Source: the human T2T-CHM13v2.0 reference genome, Homo sapiens
Reading direction: 5' to 3' (one strand)
DNA length: 64,000 bases
Assembly (NCBI RefSeq): GCF_009914755.1
Contig: NC_060938.1
Part shown: positions 1 to 12,519 of the stretch, piece after piece
Numbering within the stretch: position 1 is the first letter of the stretch
How the letters are laid out: each line of letters starts with the position of its first letter
Notes under the pieces: generated by a model
What the model was told of the DNA's origin: nothing
The model's input: the letters and a program-made list of their open reading frames with translations, nothing else
The model's database searches: none
Position numbers and translations under genes: made by a program

Positions 1-505
1 TAAAGGCATGAGTTAATTCTTCTGCATATGGAAATTCAGTTTTCCCAGTATCATTTATTGAAAATACTGTCCTTTTCCCATCATGTGCTCTTAGCACTTC
101 AAATGTGTGAATTTATTTCTAGGCTCTCTATTTTTTATTATTCTATGTTTTTATGCCAACGTCACACTGTCTTGATTACTATGGCTTTGTAATATAGTTT
201 TAGTTCAGGTAGTGTGATGCCTTCAGTTTTGTTCGTTTGCTTAAGATTGCTGACTATTCAGGGTCTTTTGTGGCTCCATAAACATTTTGTTGATTTTTTT
301 AATTTCTGTGAAAAATATTGGAACTTTGATAGAGATTGCATTAAATTTGTAATTTACTTTGAATACTACAGAGATGTAATAATATTAATATTTCCAATTC
401 ATGAACATGGAATATCTTTTGAGTATTGGTGTCCTTTTCAATTTTGTTTGTTAGTACTTTGTATTTTTCAGTGTACAGATCTTTCACTCCCTCAGTTAAA
501 TTTAT
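1..505 (-). mobile_element. L1 (old L1M/L1PB-like) ORF2 fragment, 3' arm of a 5'-inverted L1; continues beyond the window start
   Basis: Reverse complement matches L1 ORF2 downstream of the RT core: ATAAATTTAACTGAGGGAGTGAAAGATCTGTACACTGAAAA...GATATTCCATGTTCATG...GAAGGCATCACACTACCTGAAC...AATAAATGATACTGGGAAAACTG. Degenerate. Confidence 0.9.
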
Positions 506-1350
506 GAATTACCCTTATGCCAAAGATGGGCAAGGACATAACAAAAAAAAAAAAAAAAAGAAAACTACAGGCTAACATCCTTTATAAATGCAGATGCAAA
601 AACCCTCTACAAAATATTAAAAATTCTATATTGAACAGCACATTAAAATGATCATGCACTATGATCAATGAGATTTATCCTGGGATTCAAGGATAGTTCA
701 ACATATGGAAATCCATAAATGTGACACACCACATTAACAAAATGAAGGTTACAAATCATATTATCATCTCAATAAATGCAGAAAAAGCATTTGAAAAGTT
801 TCAACATCCTTTCATGATAAAAACTCTCAACAAATTAGGTGTAGAAGAATCTCAACAGAATAAAAGGGGCTGTAGATGACAAGACCACATGCCCGAAGGA
901 AAAAACTGAAAGCTTTTCTCTAAGATAAGAAATAAGACAAGAATGCCTATTCTAGATACTTCTATTCAGTCTAGTATTGGAAGTCCTATCCAGAGCAATT
1001 AGGCAAAACAAATAAATAAAAGGCATCTACACTGAAAAGGAAGAAATTAAATTGTTCCTGACATGTAATGTGGATGACATGATCATATATATATATATGT
1101 GTTTGTGTGTGTGTGTATCCCTAAAGACTTCACACACCAAAACGTAGGACTAACAAATTCAGTAAAGTTGGAGGATACAAAATCACCATACAAAAATTAG
1201 ATTTTTTATTACACAGATATATTAATCACATTCCATGTCTCCGATCATGTTCAGTAATGTTTCTTTACACTAACAACAAATAATCAGAAAAATAAATGAA
1301 GAAAACAATTTCATTTACAATAGCATCAACAAAATAAAATACTTAGGCAT
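506..1350 (+). mobile_element. L1 ORF2 RT-domain fragment, inverted 5' arm of the same L1
   Basis: Matches the L1 RT region: GATGCAAAAACCCTC, ATCTCAATAAATGCAGAAAAAGCATTTGA, ACAAGAATGCCTATTC, GATGACATGATC (the (F)ADDMI motif), GGATACAAAATCA, AAAATAAAATACTTAGG. Frameshifted. Confidence 0.92.
1085..1117. repeat. (TA)n(TG)n microsatellite inside the L1 RT motif
   Basis: atatatatatatatgtgtttgtgtgtgtgtgta, directly after GATGACATGATC. Confidence 0.9.
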
Positions 1351-1549
1351 AATTTTAAATAAGGAAGTGATCATTATGTTTATTTTATAATGGAAAATCT
1401 AGACACTTTCTCCCCATGTCCATTACTAAAAGTGCAAATAATTTGCAGGCAATATTATTAACTATAAGTTTTAAAAGAATAGGAAAATCAAATCAAAATA
1501 GTATTTATAAGGGGATATGGCAAAAAAAAGTCTGAAAAATAATTTTAGG

Positions 1550-1790
1550 ACCATGGAATTCGTCAGCTCCCTTTGAGAACAAAAGGCTTCCATGATCAAA
1601 AAATATTTGAAATATTGAATTTAACAGTTCAAATAAGTTCATTTATATTGAGTTTCTCAGAACCTTTAATATGGAGATATTAAGAATTTCACAGAAGGTG
1701 ATACAGTATGAAGAATATTCAAAATGTATTTGGGCATAAAATTATTTTATTTGAGAAGAATCCTACATCAGATTTGGGAAATAGCACCTT
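1550..1790. mobile_element. Probable ancient hAT-Charlie-type DNA transposon (MER) fragment
   Basis: CAGAACCTTTAATATG...GATACAGTATG...TTTGGGAAATAGCA resembles Charlie-family MITE ends; family not resolved. Confidence 0.4.
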
Positions 1791-1904
1791 AAATTAAAGT
1801 TTTAGGCTTAAACTTCTGTACACTTCCAGCTTTGTTGTTATTGACATTGTTGCTGCTGCTATTGTAGTTGTTTTGTTGTTGGGTATTTTCATCTTCTCAA
1901 ACCC

Positions 1905-2590
1905 TGAATATTTGAATATTCTAGGGCTATGTTCTTCAGATTCTTTCTTCTAATCTCTCAAGTAATTATTTCACTTCCATGGTTTTAAACACTATCAATA
2001 AACAGAGAACTCTCTCTCATATGTCTACCTCTAATAACTACCTCTCATTTCTTACTGGTTATCTCCACTTGGATAATCAAAAAGGATCTCCAAGTTAAAT
2101 TTTATTTGCCCTCATTTGAACCAACTCTTTGTCTTGGCTTTCCATATTAGCAAATAGCAACTTCTTTTATCCAGTAATGTAGGCCAAATAAACACTCGGG
2201 GTTATTCTTGACTTCCCTCCTCTTTTCTCATGCTGTATATCCTATTCAACAATTGCCTTGGTAGTACAATATATATTCATTTCTGCCTAGGCCACTAATT
2301 TATGTCATTTTACTACTGTAAGCCATATGTATCCTCTGCTCAGCACTCTGCAGTGGCTCTCTAGATCACTTACAATGAAAGCCATAGTACTTCCTGTGGC
2401 CTAAATATTCATAGACTATTTTGTCACAGCTATTTACCTTAAGTCCTGTCCCTATCTCTCCCTTCTTTTTCGTATTATTCTTTAACAGAGATGTTCTCTT
2501 TGATATTAATTATATTAACCATTGCTCCTGCCCTAGGGCCTTTTGCTTAGTTTCTTCTTGGTTAAATGCTCGGTCCAACAACTTCTCCAT
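1905..2590 (+). mobile_element. L2 LINE fragment (RT/3' region)
   Basis: CCATGGTTTTAAACAC, ATCTCCACTTGGAT, TCTTGACTTCCCTCCTCT and CCCTAGGGCCTTTTGC match the L2 sense consensus. Confidence 0.75.
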
Positions 2591-2591
2591 A

Positions 2592-2805
2592 GTTAATTGA
2601 CGAGGTTATCAGGCCTAGTTGTTTGGTAAAATACTAGTTAGATCCTGATATAAAGGCATTTTGATGTGGTTAATATTTACAGTCAATTGAATTTAGGTAA
2701 AGAAAATTATCTTTAGTAATGTTGGTGAATCTCATCTAATTAGTTAAAGGTCTTAAGTGGAAAACTTGAGGTTTTCTAGAGAAAGAATTTTGTCTCAAAA
2801 CAAAA
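2592..2805 (+). mobile_element. MLT2 (ERVL) LTR 5' fragment
   Basis: GTAAAGAAAATTATCTTTAGTAATGTTGGTGAATCTCATCTAATTAGTTAAAGGTCTTAAG resembles the MLT2C/D consensus. Confidence 0.7.
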
Positions 2806-3078
2806 CAGCAGTTACTTTATGAAGTCACCATGTACATTATGTAATTTTAACAAGTATTTATAGGATGCAAAGTATGTATGTCCATAAGCAAAGTGTAAAA
2901 TTAATTAGCAGTATCATCTGCTGTATTATGTCATTTAACCCCACAATCTAACTTTTAGTGTATTTAAGAAATGCCAAAAATTTCTACATTTGTGAACTTT
3001 AGTAATGACAAACATCTTACAAATAATCATATTGTATTTAAAATATTTTAAAAATTAAGACTCACAATGATAAAAGAA

Positions 3079-3505
3079 GGTACTAGTTTGTTCTTGCATT
3101 GCTATAAATAAATACCTGAGTTTAGGTAATTTACAAAGAAGAGATTTAATTGGCTCACAGTTCTGCAGGCTGTACAGGAAGCATGATGCTGGCATCTGAT
3201 CGGCTTCTGGGAAGGCCACAGGAAACATTCAATCATGGTGGAAGACAAAGAGGAAGCAGGTGCATCTTAGGTGCCCTGAGCAGGAGGAAGAGTTGGGGTT
3301 TGGGGCGAGGTGCCACATACTTTTAAACAACCAGATATTGTGAGAACTTTATCATAAGAATAGCACCAAAGGGATGGTGCTTTACCATTCATGAAGGATC
3401 CACCCCCATGATCCAATCATCTCCCTCCAGGCCCCACCTCTAACACTGGGGATCACCATTGAACATAAGACTTGGGTGGCGGCACGGATCCAAACCAAAG
3501 CATCA
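3079..3505 (-). mobile_element. MSTA-like solo LTR (ERVL-MaLR)
   Basis: TTGCATTGCTATAAATAAATACCTGAG...GGCTCACAGTTCTGCAGGCTGTACAGGAAGCATG...CCCCCATGATCCAATCA...CCAGGCCCCACCTC is the antisense MST consensus at about full length. Confidence 0.9.
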
Positions 3506-5364
3506 GAATAAAATATAGTTTTGTTGTAGTGTTGAGTGGAATATATTACACTTAATGGAAAGTCAGATTAAAACACATACTTTGTTATTAGAGTGAATGT
3601 AAATAATCAGAAAGAACAAGAATTCTTGATTTTTATTAGACTTTCAGTGTAACTGCATGGATTCTGGCTTGGTTCATCTATAACAAATGAACAAAAATAT
3701 TATGGGTTAGGGAGGTTGTAAAGTTTCATGATGTAATTTACATGACAGCTCTTATCATAATTCATAACAGATGTAGAATTTGAAAATTATAAACTTTTAA
3801 TTCTTAATTCATTTTTAATTTTAAAAACTAAAACCAAAGATGCAAGTTTTAAATTGACACAAAACTATGAGAAAGGAGTATACCTATTGATATATAAATA
3901 CATGTGTGTAGAAGTGCAAAATCTGAAGCATATTTACTAGTTGATTCCATTGATATCATTAAGAATATAATTAGCCTTGGTGTTATGATGATTACGTCAT
4001 GCCAGCTTTATACTTATTCAGTCCTAAAATTATAAAGTTTATAAGAAGCTTTTGTGTGACTTTCTACCTTCACAATTCATTATTATAAACCACTTAAACC
4101 TAAGACAATAGTCCCTCTTTATTTTTGTAGGGAATTATACTTACCCATTTTTGTTTGCTTTAGAAAATTTAATTTTATTATATTTAGCTCATTATAACTT
4201 CACTGATTTTGTTATGACAAACTCAAGAGCCATAAAATCTCTTGGTAACCACCATTTTCTTTCATGTATCAATCATACCACAAGAAAAAAAAATGCTGAT
4301 TGTGGTAGAGACATTTTCATAGCCCCAAACCAAGTTTTGACTTTTTCCTTGATATTACGTACCACGTTATGAGTGAGCAGAAAATGCGAATTAAATGTAT
4401 ATTAACTCTAAATCTGAGTTCACCATCTTAAAGAAACAAATAAAATGTTTATAAATGTCACAAAATTGAGGCATTAGATTAATTTTTGTTAGTCATTTAT
4501 AAAAATTGTGCATATATGTGAATGCTAGTGTTAATTATCCTGATAATTTTGTTCACATTGGCATTTAATTTACCATTGTATTTGGGTGTGTTTTTAAATA
4601 TCCAGCTATTCCACTGCAAAAATTGGTAGCCTGTCTGAAAATCTGAACTTGCTTAAAATTCTACTAATGATTGTACTTGAAGCCAGGAATTTATCAAATG
4701 CTTACATTTTTCTCATAGTGTTTGGCAATATTTGGAAAATATTTTACAATCTCCACCATTCAAAAGAAAACCTTGTCTTTGCCTTTAATGACCAAAGCAT
4801 TTACTTTTTCTTGGAAATGTTTTCAGCTGCAGAAAAAGGTTTTCATTTAGAAATGTAAACATTTCGGCTGTTAGGGTGGTACCAAATAAAAGATTCCCTG
4901 ATTGCCTTAAATGAGCCATTTAGGAAACCCTTCCCAATGTAGACATAGTCAGTCGGTATTCTACAACGTGTCTAAGTGTTCCACCTTCTTTGGTGCTTTG
5001 TAAATCACACCAGGGATTTGAGTAAATTAAGTTGGCTTTTTCACTAGAAACCAGATGTTGCACCTCCACTGAGTTTTACTTGAGAAAACAATTCATTATT
5101 AAAGTGACTATGAGCCATGCAATCAGGAAGAAATATCGCATCTGGCTGTCAAAATGTATGCCAAGTTTCAACCTGCTGCAATAGAAAGTCTTCAAGGTGA
5201 CACTCAAACCCCCAGAAACTAAAATCTGGAATGACATAAGATGATTACTAAATTTTCTAGATTCCAGGGGTGTGTGATAAGCCATAGAGTATGGTCAAAA
5301 AGACCCCTAGTAGGGTTAGAAAATAGGATGAGGCATCTAACATGAAGCAGGTTGTGTATGTATG

Positions 5365-5430
5365 TGTGGCAAGAAGCCCACATCGCTAAATCCCAGCTGA
5401 ACCAGAGTCCTAACTCTTAACCAGTGCATC
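5365..5430 (-). mobile_element. MIR fragment
   Basis: GTGGCAAGAAGCC...CCAGAGTCCTAACTCTTAACCA resembles the antisense MIR 5' end. Confidence 0.4.
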
Positions 5431-6169
5431 TAGATTCTAGGGAAAAAGTAATCCAACAATATAGAATATAAAAGAATGGGAAAGCAAAAAAGAAGGGAGG
5501 TTAGCTATAAGGAAGAATAAAGGAAAACAAAGACAACAAAAGAAGGGAGAGAGGGAGTGAGGGAGGAAAGAAACACTTTGAAGTTGTAGGCATATTTATA
5601 AACTTTAATGCATAGCCAAGACCTCCTGGACTGTGGCTATAAATAATTGCACTTTTTTCACCCACAGGATTCCTAATTACTAAGAGATTAATCATTTAAG
5701 ATTACACCAGTTTTTCTGAACGTTCTCAAAGGAGGGTCTTATGTGAGCAAACAACTTGTCAACTGCAGTCACCACATAGGGACTGCCCTGTTTCCCTCCT
5801 CTTGCTTTTATATCGTTAGTCCCTTGCAATGTCTATGACTCCAAGTGCTGGAGCCCTCCTGCCACTGTCCATTATGTGACCTCTAATGTTTTGTTTCCTA
5901 AGGATGGTAATTAATGTTCTACAAGGTATTGATGGTTTGTAGGAAAGATAGGAGAATGATTTTTTTCTCTCTCATTCAGTTTCATATTTTATGGGACTCT
6001 GGGCACAAGGTGATTGTCAGCCAAGGTGACATATTCTTTCTTGAATGGTTAAATCAGCTTTTGGCCCTTCCTTCTCTACCATAGAAAATCAGACCTAACT
6101 TCGGGGGCTGGCCGTGGGATACACCATTTCTTATATGTCACTTATTCTTTCACTATTAGCATCATCCCC

Positions 6170-6652
6170 TGTTATAGTTGATTTTATGTGTCAACTTGAC
6201 TGGGTTAAGGAATACCTGGGTAAACATTTTTTTCTGGGTTTGTTTGTGAGGGTGTTTCTGGATGAGATCAGCATTTGAATAGCTGGACTCAGCAAAGTAG
6301 ATTGCCTTTCTCAATGTGGGTGGACATCGTCCAATCCATTTAGGACCTGAACGGAACAAAATGTGTAGGAGGAAGGAATTTTCCCACTTTTCCCTGCGTC
6401 ATACTTGACAGGAATAACTCGTTACACCTACTCCTGCACTTGGACTGGGATTTAGACCACTGGCTTCCCTGGTTCTTAGGCCTTTGGACTTGAAATTTGG
6501 ATTTGGACTAACACTGGCTTTTCTAGATCTACAGTTTGCACACGGCCAGTTGTGGGACTTCTCAGCCACTTTCTCACAATGTCTTGTCCTCTCTTTCTAT
6601 GTATATCTATCTCTCTTTCCCCCTCCTCCTTCTTTCTCAAACCCTAACACAT
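6170..6652 (+). mobile_element. MLT2B-like solo LTR (ERVL)
   Basis: TGTTATAGTTGATTTTATGTGTCAACTTGACTGGGTTAAGG...GTGAGGGTGTTTCTGGATGAGATCAGCATTTGAA...GTGGGACTTCTCAGCC. Confidence 0.88.
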
Positions 6653-7067
6653 CCCCCAATTACAAACTATTTCCTCTTCCAAGCTTTCAAAGAAAAAGTA
6701 CCTCATATGCTAGTGCATACATAAATATACTGGGGAAAATATGCTTATGTGCCTGTAAGTTTGTAGTAAGAGCATCCCAGATCAGGTAACTCCACTACAT
6801 ATATATTTATATATAATTATACATACATGCCTAACTTCTCAATTCCATTCTGTTTATAATTTCAGTTATACATAAAGCACTTTTCCTAATTGCCCACATT
6901 TTATTTTTATAATTTTTCCTAAAATAATCTCACAAGATTTTATGAAAGCCAGAAAATATTTCAGGCAAACTACCCATTTTGAAGGGAACAAAGATATTGA
7001 AAATCAACGTTTTTTAAAAAAATTTTAAATTAATGGCTTTATTGAATTCATTGATTATTTTGGTGGA

Positions 7068-7591
7068 TGTATTAGTTATCTCTTGCTGAGTAACAGATTA
7101 CCCCAACACATAACAGTTAAAAAAATAAACATTTCATATTGCACTCTTTATGTGAGTCAAGAGTTCAGGTGCCGCTTAGCTGAGTGAGTACGATTCAGGT
7201 ACTTTCCTGAAATTGTACTTAATATGCTGGTCAAGGCTGCAGTCATCTAAAGGCTTAGATGGGGCCAGAAGATAAGCTTTCAAAATGGTTCATTAACAAC
7301 GCTGTTGTCAGGAGATCGTCTTTTCTTGCCATGTGGACCTGTCTATAGGACTCCTCCAGGATCATCATAATATGGAAGTTGGCTTCCTCAAAAGTGCTTT
7401 AGCCAAGACAGAGCAAGAAGGAAGGCACGATGCCTTTTACTACTTTGTCTCAGATGTAACACATCATCACTTCTACTACTTTCTCTTCATTAGAAGTTGG
7501 TTACTAAGTTCAGCCCACACTTAGAATAAAGTTGTATCTCCTGAGAAAAGAAGTATCAAAGACTTTTTGAATGCATTTAAAAACCACCACA
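7068..7591 (-). mobile_element. MLT1 (G/H-like) solo LTR
   Basis: TGTATTAGTTATCTCTTGCTGAGTAACAGATTACCCCAA...GGCTGCAGTCATCTAAAGGCTT...AAAACCACCACA; TG...CA termini. Confidence 0.82.
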
Positions 7592-7761
7592 GTAGGAATA
7601 TTTAAAGTGTTTGATAAAGGTTCAGAATCCATGGCCAAGGCTGAATGAGTCCTTCCCATCATTAGCACATCAGTCTAAAATATTATTCTTTGAGAGAAGG
7701 AGGAAAATGTCTTACTGTAAAACAGTTTTATTTGGCTGATATTTGGATATATGTGGAAGGT

Positions 7762-7938
7762 TTTATTTTATTATCTTATTTTGTTTATGTTTTAGTGACA
7801 GGATCTCAGTATGTTGCCTAGGCTAGTGTGCAGTAGCTATTTACAGTTGTGATCTAGTGCACTACAAACTTAACTCTTGGTCTGAAGCTATTCTCTTGCC
7901 TCAGCTGAGACTACAGGAATGTGCCACCACACTTCACG
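7762..7938 (-). mobile_element. FAM (fossil Alu monomer, 7SL-derived)
   Basis: TATGTTGCCTAGGCTAGTGTGCAGTAGCTATTTACAGTTGTGATCTAGTGCACTACA retains the 7SL/FAM-specific GGCTATTCACAGG segment that dimeric Alus lack; single monomer with a T-rich tail. Confidence 0.8.
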
Positions 7939-9104
7939 CTTACTCTATTTGAAAGTTCTTACTTGACTCAGGAGAGACAGATAGACTCTGTTCTCAATCT
8001 CTTGGTCCTTTTTGTGTCCTGGTTATTTTGCCCACCATTTCTTTCCTACTAAATGATGAGAAACATCTTCATTTGAATGATAGTGCCTATACTGACAGAT
8101 GGTACTTTGGAATGGCTTGGACAGAATGCTTATATGAGACATAGGAATAGCATACGTGATTTTCTGATTGGGAAAACATAATACTACAGATTGAACATAT
8201 TGCTGTTGGCAGAACCGTTCAAAGTACCCTAATGGGCTAGAGGAATGTTAGAAGTGAATATATACCAATATAAAAAATTATATTATGATAAAAAATCTGC
8301 CTCACCATTACATCTTAGGGATTCTTCAATGTAACAATAACAAGAGAAATAGGCTATTTAATTTTTTTACCCCTTAGATTAGCAGTTTAATGTGTATGTG
8401 GCAAGATGGATAATAGACATCTGCTTTAGCAGAAGTGAGCATCCACAGTAGCAGCATGGGCAGCAAATTTTTATAATATTAGCAATTCAAATTCACGTAT
8501 CAGATTAGTGTGGTATTGGAATCATTCATTAAAATATGCTTGGAGGCCAGAAGTTTTCTCAGCAAAACTTCCAATGATTTTTAAGCAGAATAACATGGTG
8601 TTTGTTAATGTATATATCAAAACATGTTGTCCAATGACATTAAGATGATTTGATCTTCAGCCATAAATTTAGTATCACAATATCAAAATTTATTTGAACC
8701 ATGGTTTAAACAGAACATTCTAAACTTGCAATCTCACTGCTGTTCTTTCAAACTTAATATGATCATGGCAAATCCTGTGATGTCAGCATTTAAGAGAAAG
8801 GCTTTCATCTATTCTAACTCAACCTCTAACTATTCAACTTGGAACTTGTTTTCAGTTAGTCACTCAAATATACCTTTGAGGTATATAAAAATGACTCATC
8901 AAATTCGATTATATTAAAATAAATTCTAGTCTTTCTTCCTCTGTCAAATTCTTGAGGCATTTTATTAATGAGGTCTTTAAAAGCAGCCATTGCAAAATGA
9001 CTTTTTTGCATTTGAGTGCAATATTGACACTTTAAAAAGCTACGTAAATTTATGAAAACGCACAGTTACAGCAGTACCTGTTTTATTTTTTTCCATATAG
9101 CCTC

Positions 9105-9620
9105 AGTATCAGTTCAATTTTGCCATGTAACAAATTGCACCAATACTTTGTGATGAAAAATAGCAACCATCGTGTATTTTACTCATACTTTTTTGAGTTG
9201 GCTAGATGGTATCTCTGGACTGAGCCAGCTCAGCTGCTGGCTTCTGACCTCAATCATATATCTGTGGTTATTTCGTGGGTTGGCTAAAGGCTAGATGATC
9301 TAGGATTGTGTCATTCCTATATAGATGGTAGTTGGTAGCCAGTCACCTTGGTTAATGTGGGGACAGGGCCACATGTTTCTCATCATGGAATAGAATGTCT
9401 GAGCTTTTTGCATGGCAGTCTCAGTGGTTTCCAGAGTAGCAAGAGAAGAAAAGCTTCTTTGCTGGTATGTTTGCCAATGACTCATTGGCCAAAGCAGGCA
9501 GCATGGCTGACCAAGATGCAAAGGGTGGAGAGATAGTCTCCACTTATTGGTGGGAGGATCTGTCATGTCACAATGCAAGGACAGGAAGATAAAGAATTTA
9601 CTGCTATATATAGTGTACAG
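9105..9620 (-). mobile_element. MLT1 (H/I-like) solo LTR
   Basis: TTGCCATGTAACAAATTGCACCAA...CATTGGCCAAAGCAGG...GGGTGGAGAGATAGTCTCCACTT...TGGGAGGATCTG. Confidence 0.72.
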
Positions 9621-9799
9621 CCAACCCTCTTGCCTTTGTAGGGGCCCAGTAGGGTTCATTGGATGAGTATGAGTAGTGTGTAACAGTGAAATGACCATAG
9701 GTTTTGGAAGTCATTCAACTATTAATTCATTGCTTTATTCTTCACACATTATACATTTATTGAACATGTAATTATACCAGATAATTCACTCAATAAACA

Positions 9800-10270
9800 T
9801 TGATTCATCAAATATTTATTGAGTTGCCTCATGTTCTAGTTGCCATTCTGGACCCTAAAACTTTACAGAGGACAAAACAATAATAAAGAGGACAAAACTG
9901 TGCTCTAGTGAAATTTGCATTCCATGTGGACACTCACAAACACACACAGACATACACACAAACAAATATTAATAAAATAATCCCTTTGCCACAGTTGATC
10001 TGAAAAATGCGCTTTGAGGAGTTGATGTTTCAGTGGAAACCTGGACATAGGGAGGAATCCAGTCTTCAAAATGGAGATTCTGGCACTGGAGGCAGACAAA
10101 AAACATCTGGTGCCACATTCTGAGGCAAAGATGAGCTGGGTGTGTTCAGTGAATAAAATGAAATAGGTGCCTGACCACTTTTCTTGGTAGAGGGTACCAG
10201 AAAAGCAGTCAGGGGCTAGATCATGCCCAGACCTTAAATTCTGGATTCAGGTGTTTACGCTCATTTTCAG
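9800..10270 (-). mobile_element. L2 3' end fragment
   Basis: ATTCATCAAATATTTATTGAG (antisense L2 terminus), then L2-like purine-rich body including GGGGCTAGATCATG. Confidence 0.65.
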
Positions 10271-11749
10271 TCAGTAGAGACATAGTCTAGGAAGGAAAAG
10301 GGCGGGGCCTGGGTCCCAGAGGGATACATCCCCATAGCCCCATAAACTTTCTACTTCATAAGAAAGGTCAGACCTGAAGCAGGGCCAGTGTAGGGTCTTC
10401 TACAGCACAGAGGCCTAGAAAGTAAATCCTATCATCAGTCTAAGGGTACATTCCCTGCCTACAAGGATTTCATATTTTAGTTGAGGGACCAGCATTTTGA
10501 ATTCAGGGTGAAAAATGAGGAATATGCACGTATTTCTTGACTCATAAAAAAAATTCATAGACAAAAAAAAATTTAAGAGTATATACTTTACAGGATTAGT
10601 TTGAGAAAGACACTACCCATAGCAAGAGCTAATATATGTTATATTCCTTCCTTAAAAATAATAAATAAAAAAATACATGTGAATTACACTGTCAAGCCCA
10701 ATGGGGCCCACAAAAGAAGATTTCATAAAATCTAGTCATTGCCTTAATTCCCAAAACTGCTTTTAACACTGTACTTTGACTTCCAGCCTTGTCATTCCCT
10801 AATCTTTGTGTCTTTGGTATCCACACTATTGGAAACACAGATGTCAGCTTAATCTTTTCATGTTACACATATGTCCAGTATTTCAGATCACACTTGCCAA
10901 AATTAGTGTGAAAAATCTATTTATGATTACATTAATAAGACAGGTATCAACCCTCCTTTGATTAATTATTACAGCAGTAATGTGACTGAAAAAGTACATG
11001 CCAAGAAAAGTGGTCTAATTTATGGTGCATGTTAAAAGGGTAAAGAAAAATTATTTATTAATCCATAAGGAAGATAACCACAACTCTACAAAATAACCAA
11101 AGGTCAAAATGTCAATTTAATTTTGGTAATCATTCCCTTTTTATTAAAAAAAAAAAAAAAAGCAAATTGCTCATTTTAATTTAGTTTTGTTAACTTTTTT
11201 AAGTTAAAAAAAACAATTTGAATTTGTATTTATCATCCTTTTCCTTTAAGATAAATGACTGATTTGATGAAATTTTCTATACTATATGGAAGATGTCAAA
11301 TGCCTTTTGAGCCCACATTATTGTTAAAAAAAAAATTTAGAACATATCTGACTTCTTTTAAGAATCTTATTTCCCTTTCTCTCTACTGTGTTTGCCATTC
11401 CATTGCTTATCCCTCTCTCCACCAAAAAAAAAAAAAAAAAATCTAAAAACACATGACACAGAAACTATTTATAAATACACAAACAAATCATTTCTCTTTA
11501 CTGTTGTGTAGACTAAAATAATAACTCATCAAGAACAGCTTAGGCAAGCAGTTATTTGCAGGGCTCAAAGCATCATGTGTACTAAATGATGATTTTATTA
11601 TATGATGTGCAAATTCATTTTCAATATTGCACTGTTGGTACATAAATTAATACTTATCAGTTTTAGGGAAAAAAGAACAACAATTAAATAAATGTATCCA
11701 TCAAATATTCATAATTTTTATATGTATTATATCCATGATTATTGATATT

Positions 11750-12320
11750 TACTCATTTGACACATACAGATGAATCTTTTACTATGTTTCACATACTGTA
11801 TTGAACACTTGGAATAAAAAAGTTATATATAATATAATAGGAGAGACAACCTAGTAAAGGATTGTGAAGGCCAAAAAGATGAGTCATCTTACTGATGCTT
11901 GGGATAGAAAATACCAATGAAGTTTCCTCAGAGATGGTGATATGTGAATACAGACTTGGGAACAAACTAAAAGTTTACCAGTTTATAAAGAGAGGAATAA
12001 ACAGTAGACAAGGACAGCCACAGGCCTAAGCACAGAGGTGGGAAATATTCCCATACACCCTGGGTCCAGTGAGTGGTTTTGTTCTACTGGATCTTAGGGC
12101 TTTCAATAGCAATGAGGCTGAAAAACACTAGTAAGGACCAATAGATTCAAAAGTTTTTAAATTCCATGCTAAAGAGTTTAAAATTCATCTTAACCAGATG
12201 GAAAACAATTGGAGAGTTCTGAGCATGGAGGGGGTTCAGAAAAATTAATTTGTGAGCAGTGTAGATAATGGGCTGAGCCACAAAGAGATAATTTAGAAAG
12301 CTCCCCTGCCTGGAGGTCTG
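11750..12320 (-). mobile_element. L2 fragment
   Basis: GGTGATATGTGAA, AGCACAGAGGTGGGAAA, CCATGCTAAAGAGTTTAAAATTCATCTT and TTTAGAAAGCTCCCCTG match antisense L2. Confidence 0.65.
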
Positions 12321-12519
12321 CGTGAAGTCCACACACAGGAGGACAGGAAGTTAAGGTTGGCTCTGCTGACATGGAAGGTAGAAGGAGACATGCTCCTAAA
12401 TTGAAGTCCCAGAAATAACACTGGGGAATCCCAAAGGTATAGGGCAGCCACAGTGGGAGCTTTTTATCAGCTTTTCTATGATGCCATTAGCATCATTGCT
12501 TAGGGCAATGTTATTCCTC

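Noticed and set aside
214-507. 97-aa ORF; likewise 26568-26942, 29046-29399, 31141-31500 and 9300-9698
   Set aside because: Chance frames within antisense L1, MER6, MLT2A and MLT1; no intact ORF2/pol frame.
8170-8470. Possible CR1/L3 remnant
   Set aside because: Similarity too faint to support by eye.
10280-10330. GC box GGGCGGGGC as a promoter
   Set aside because: Isolated; no CpG island or other core promoter context.
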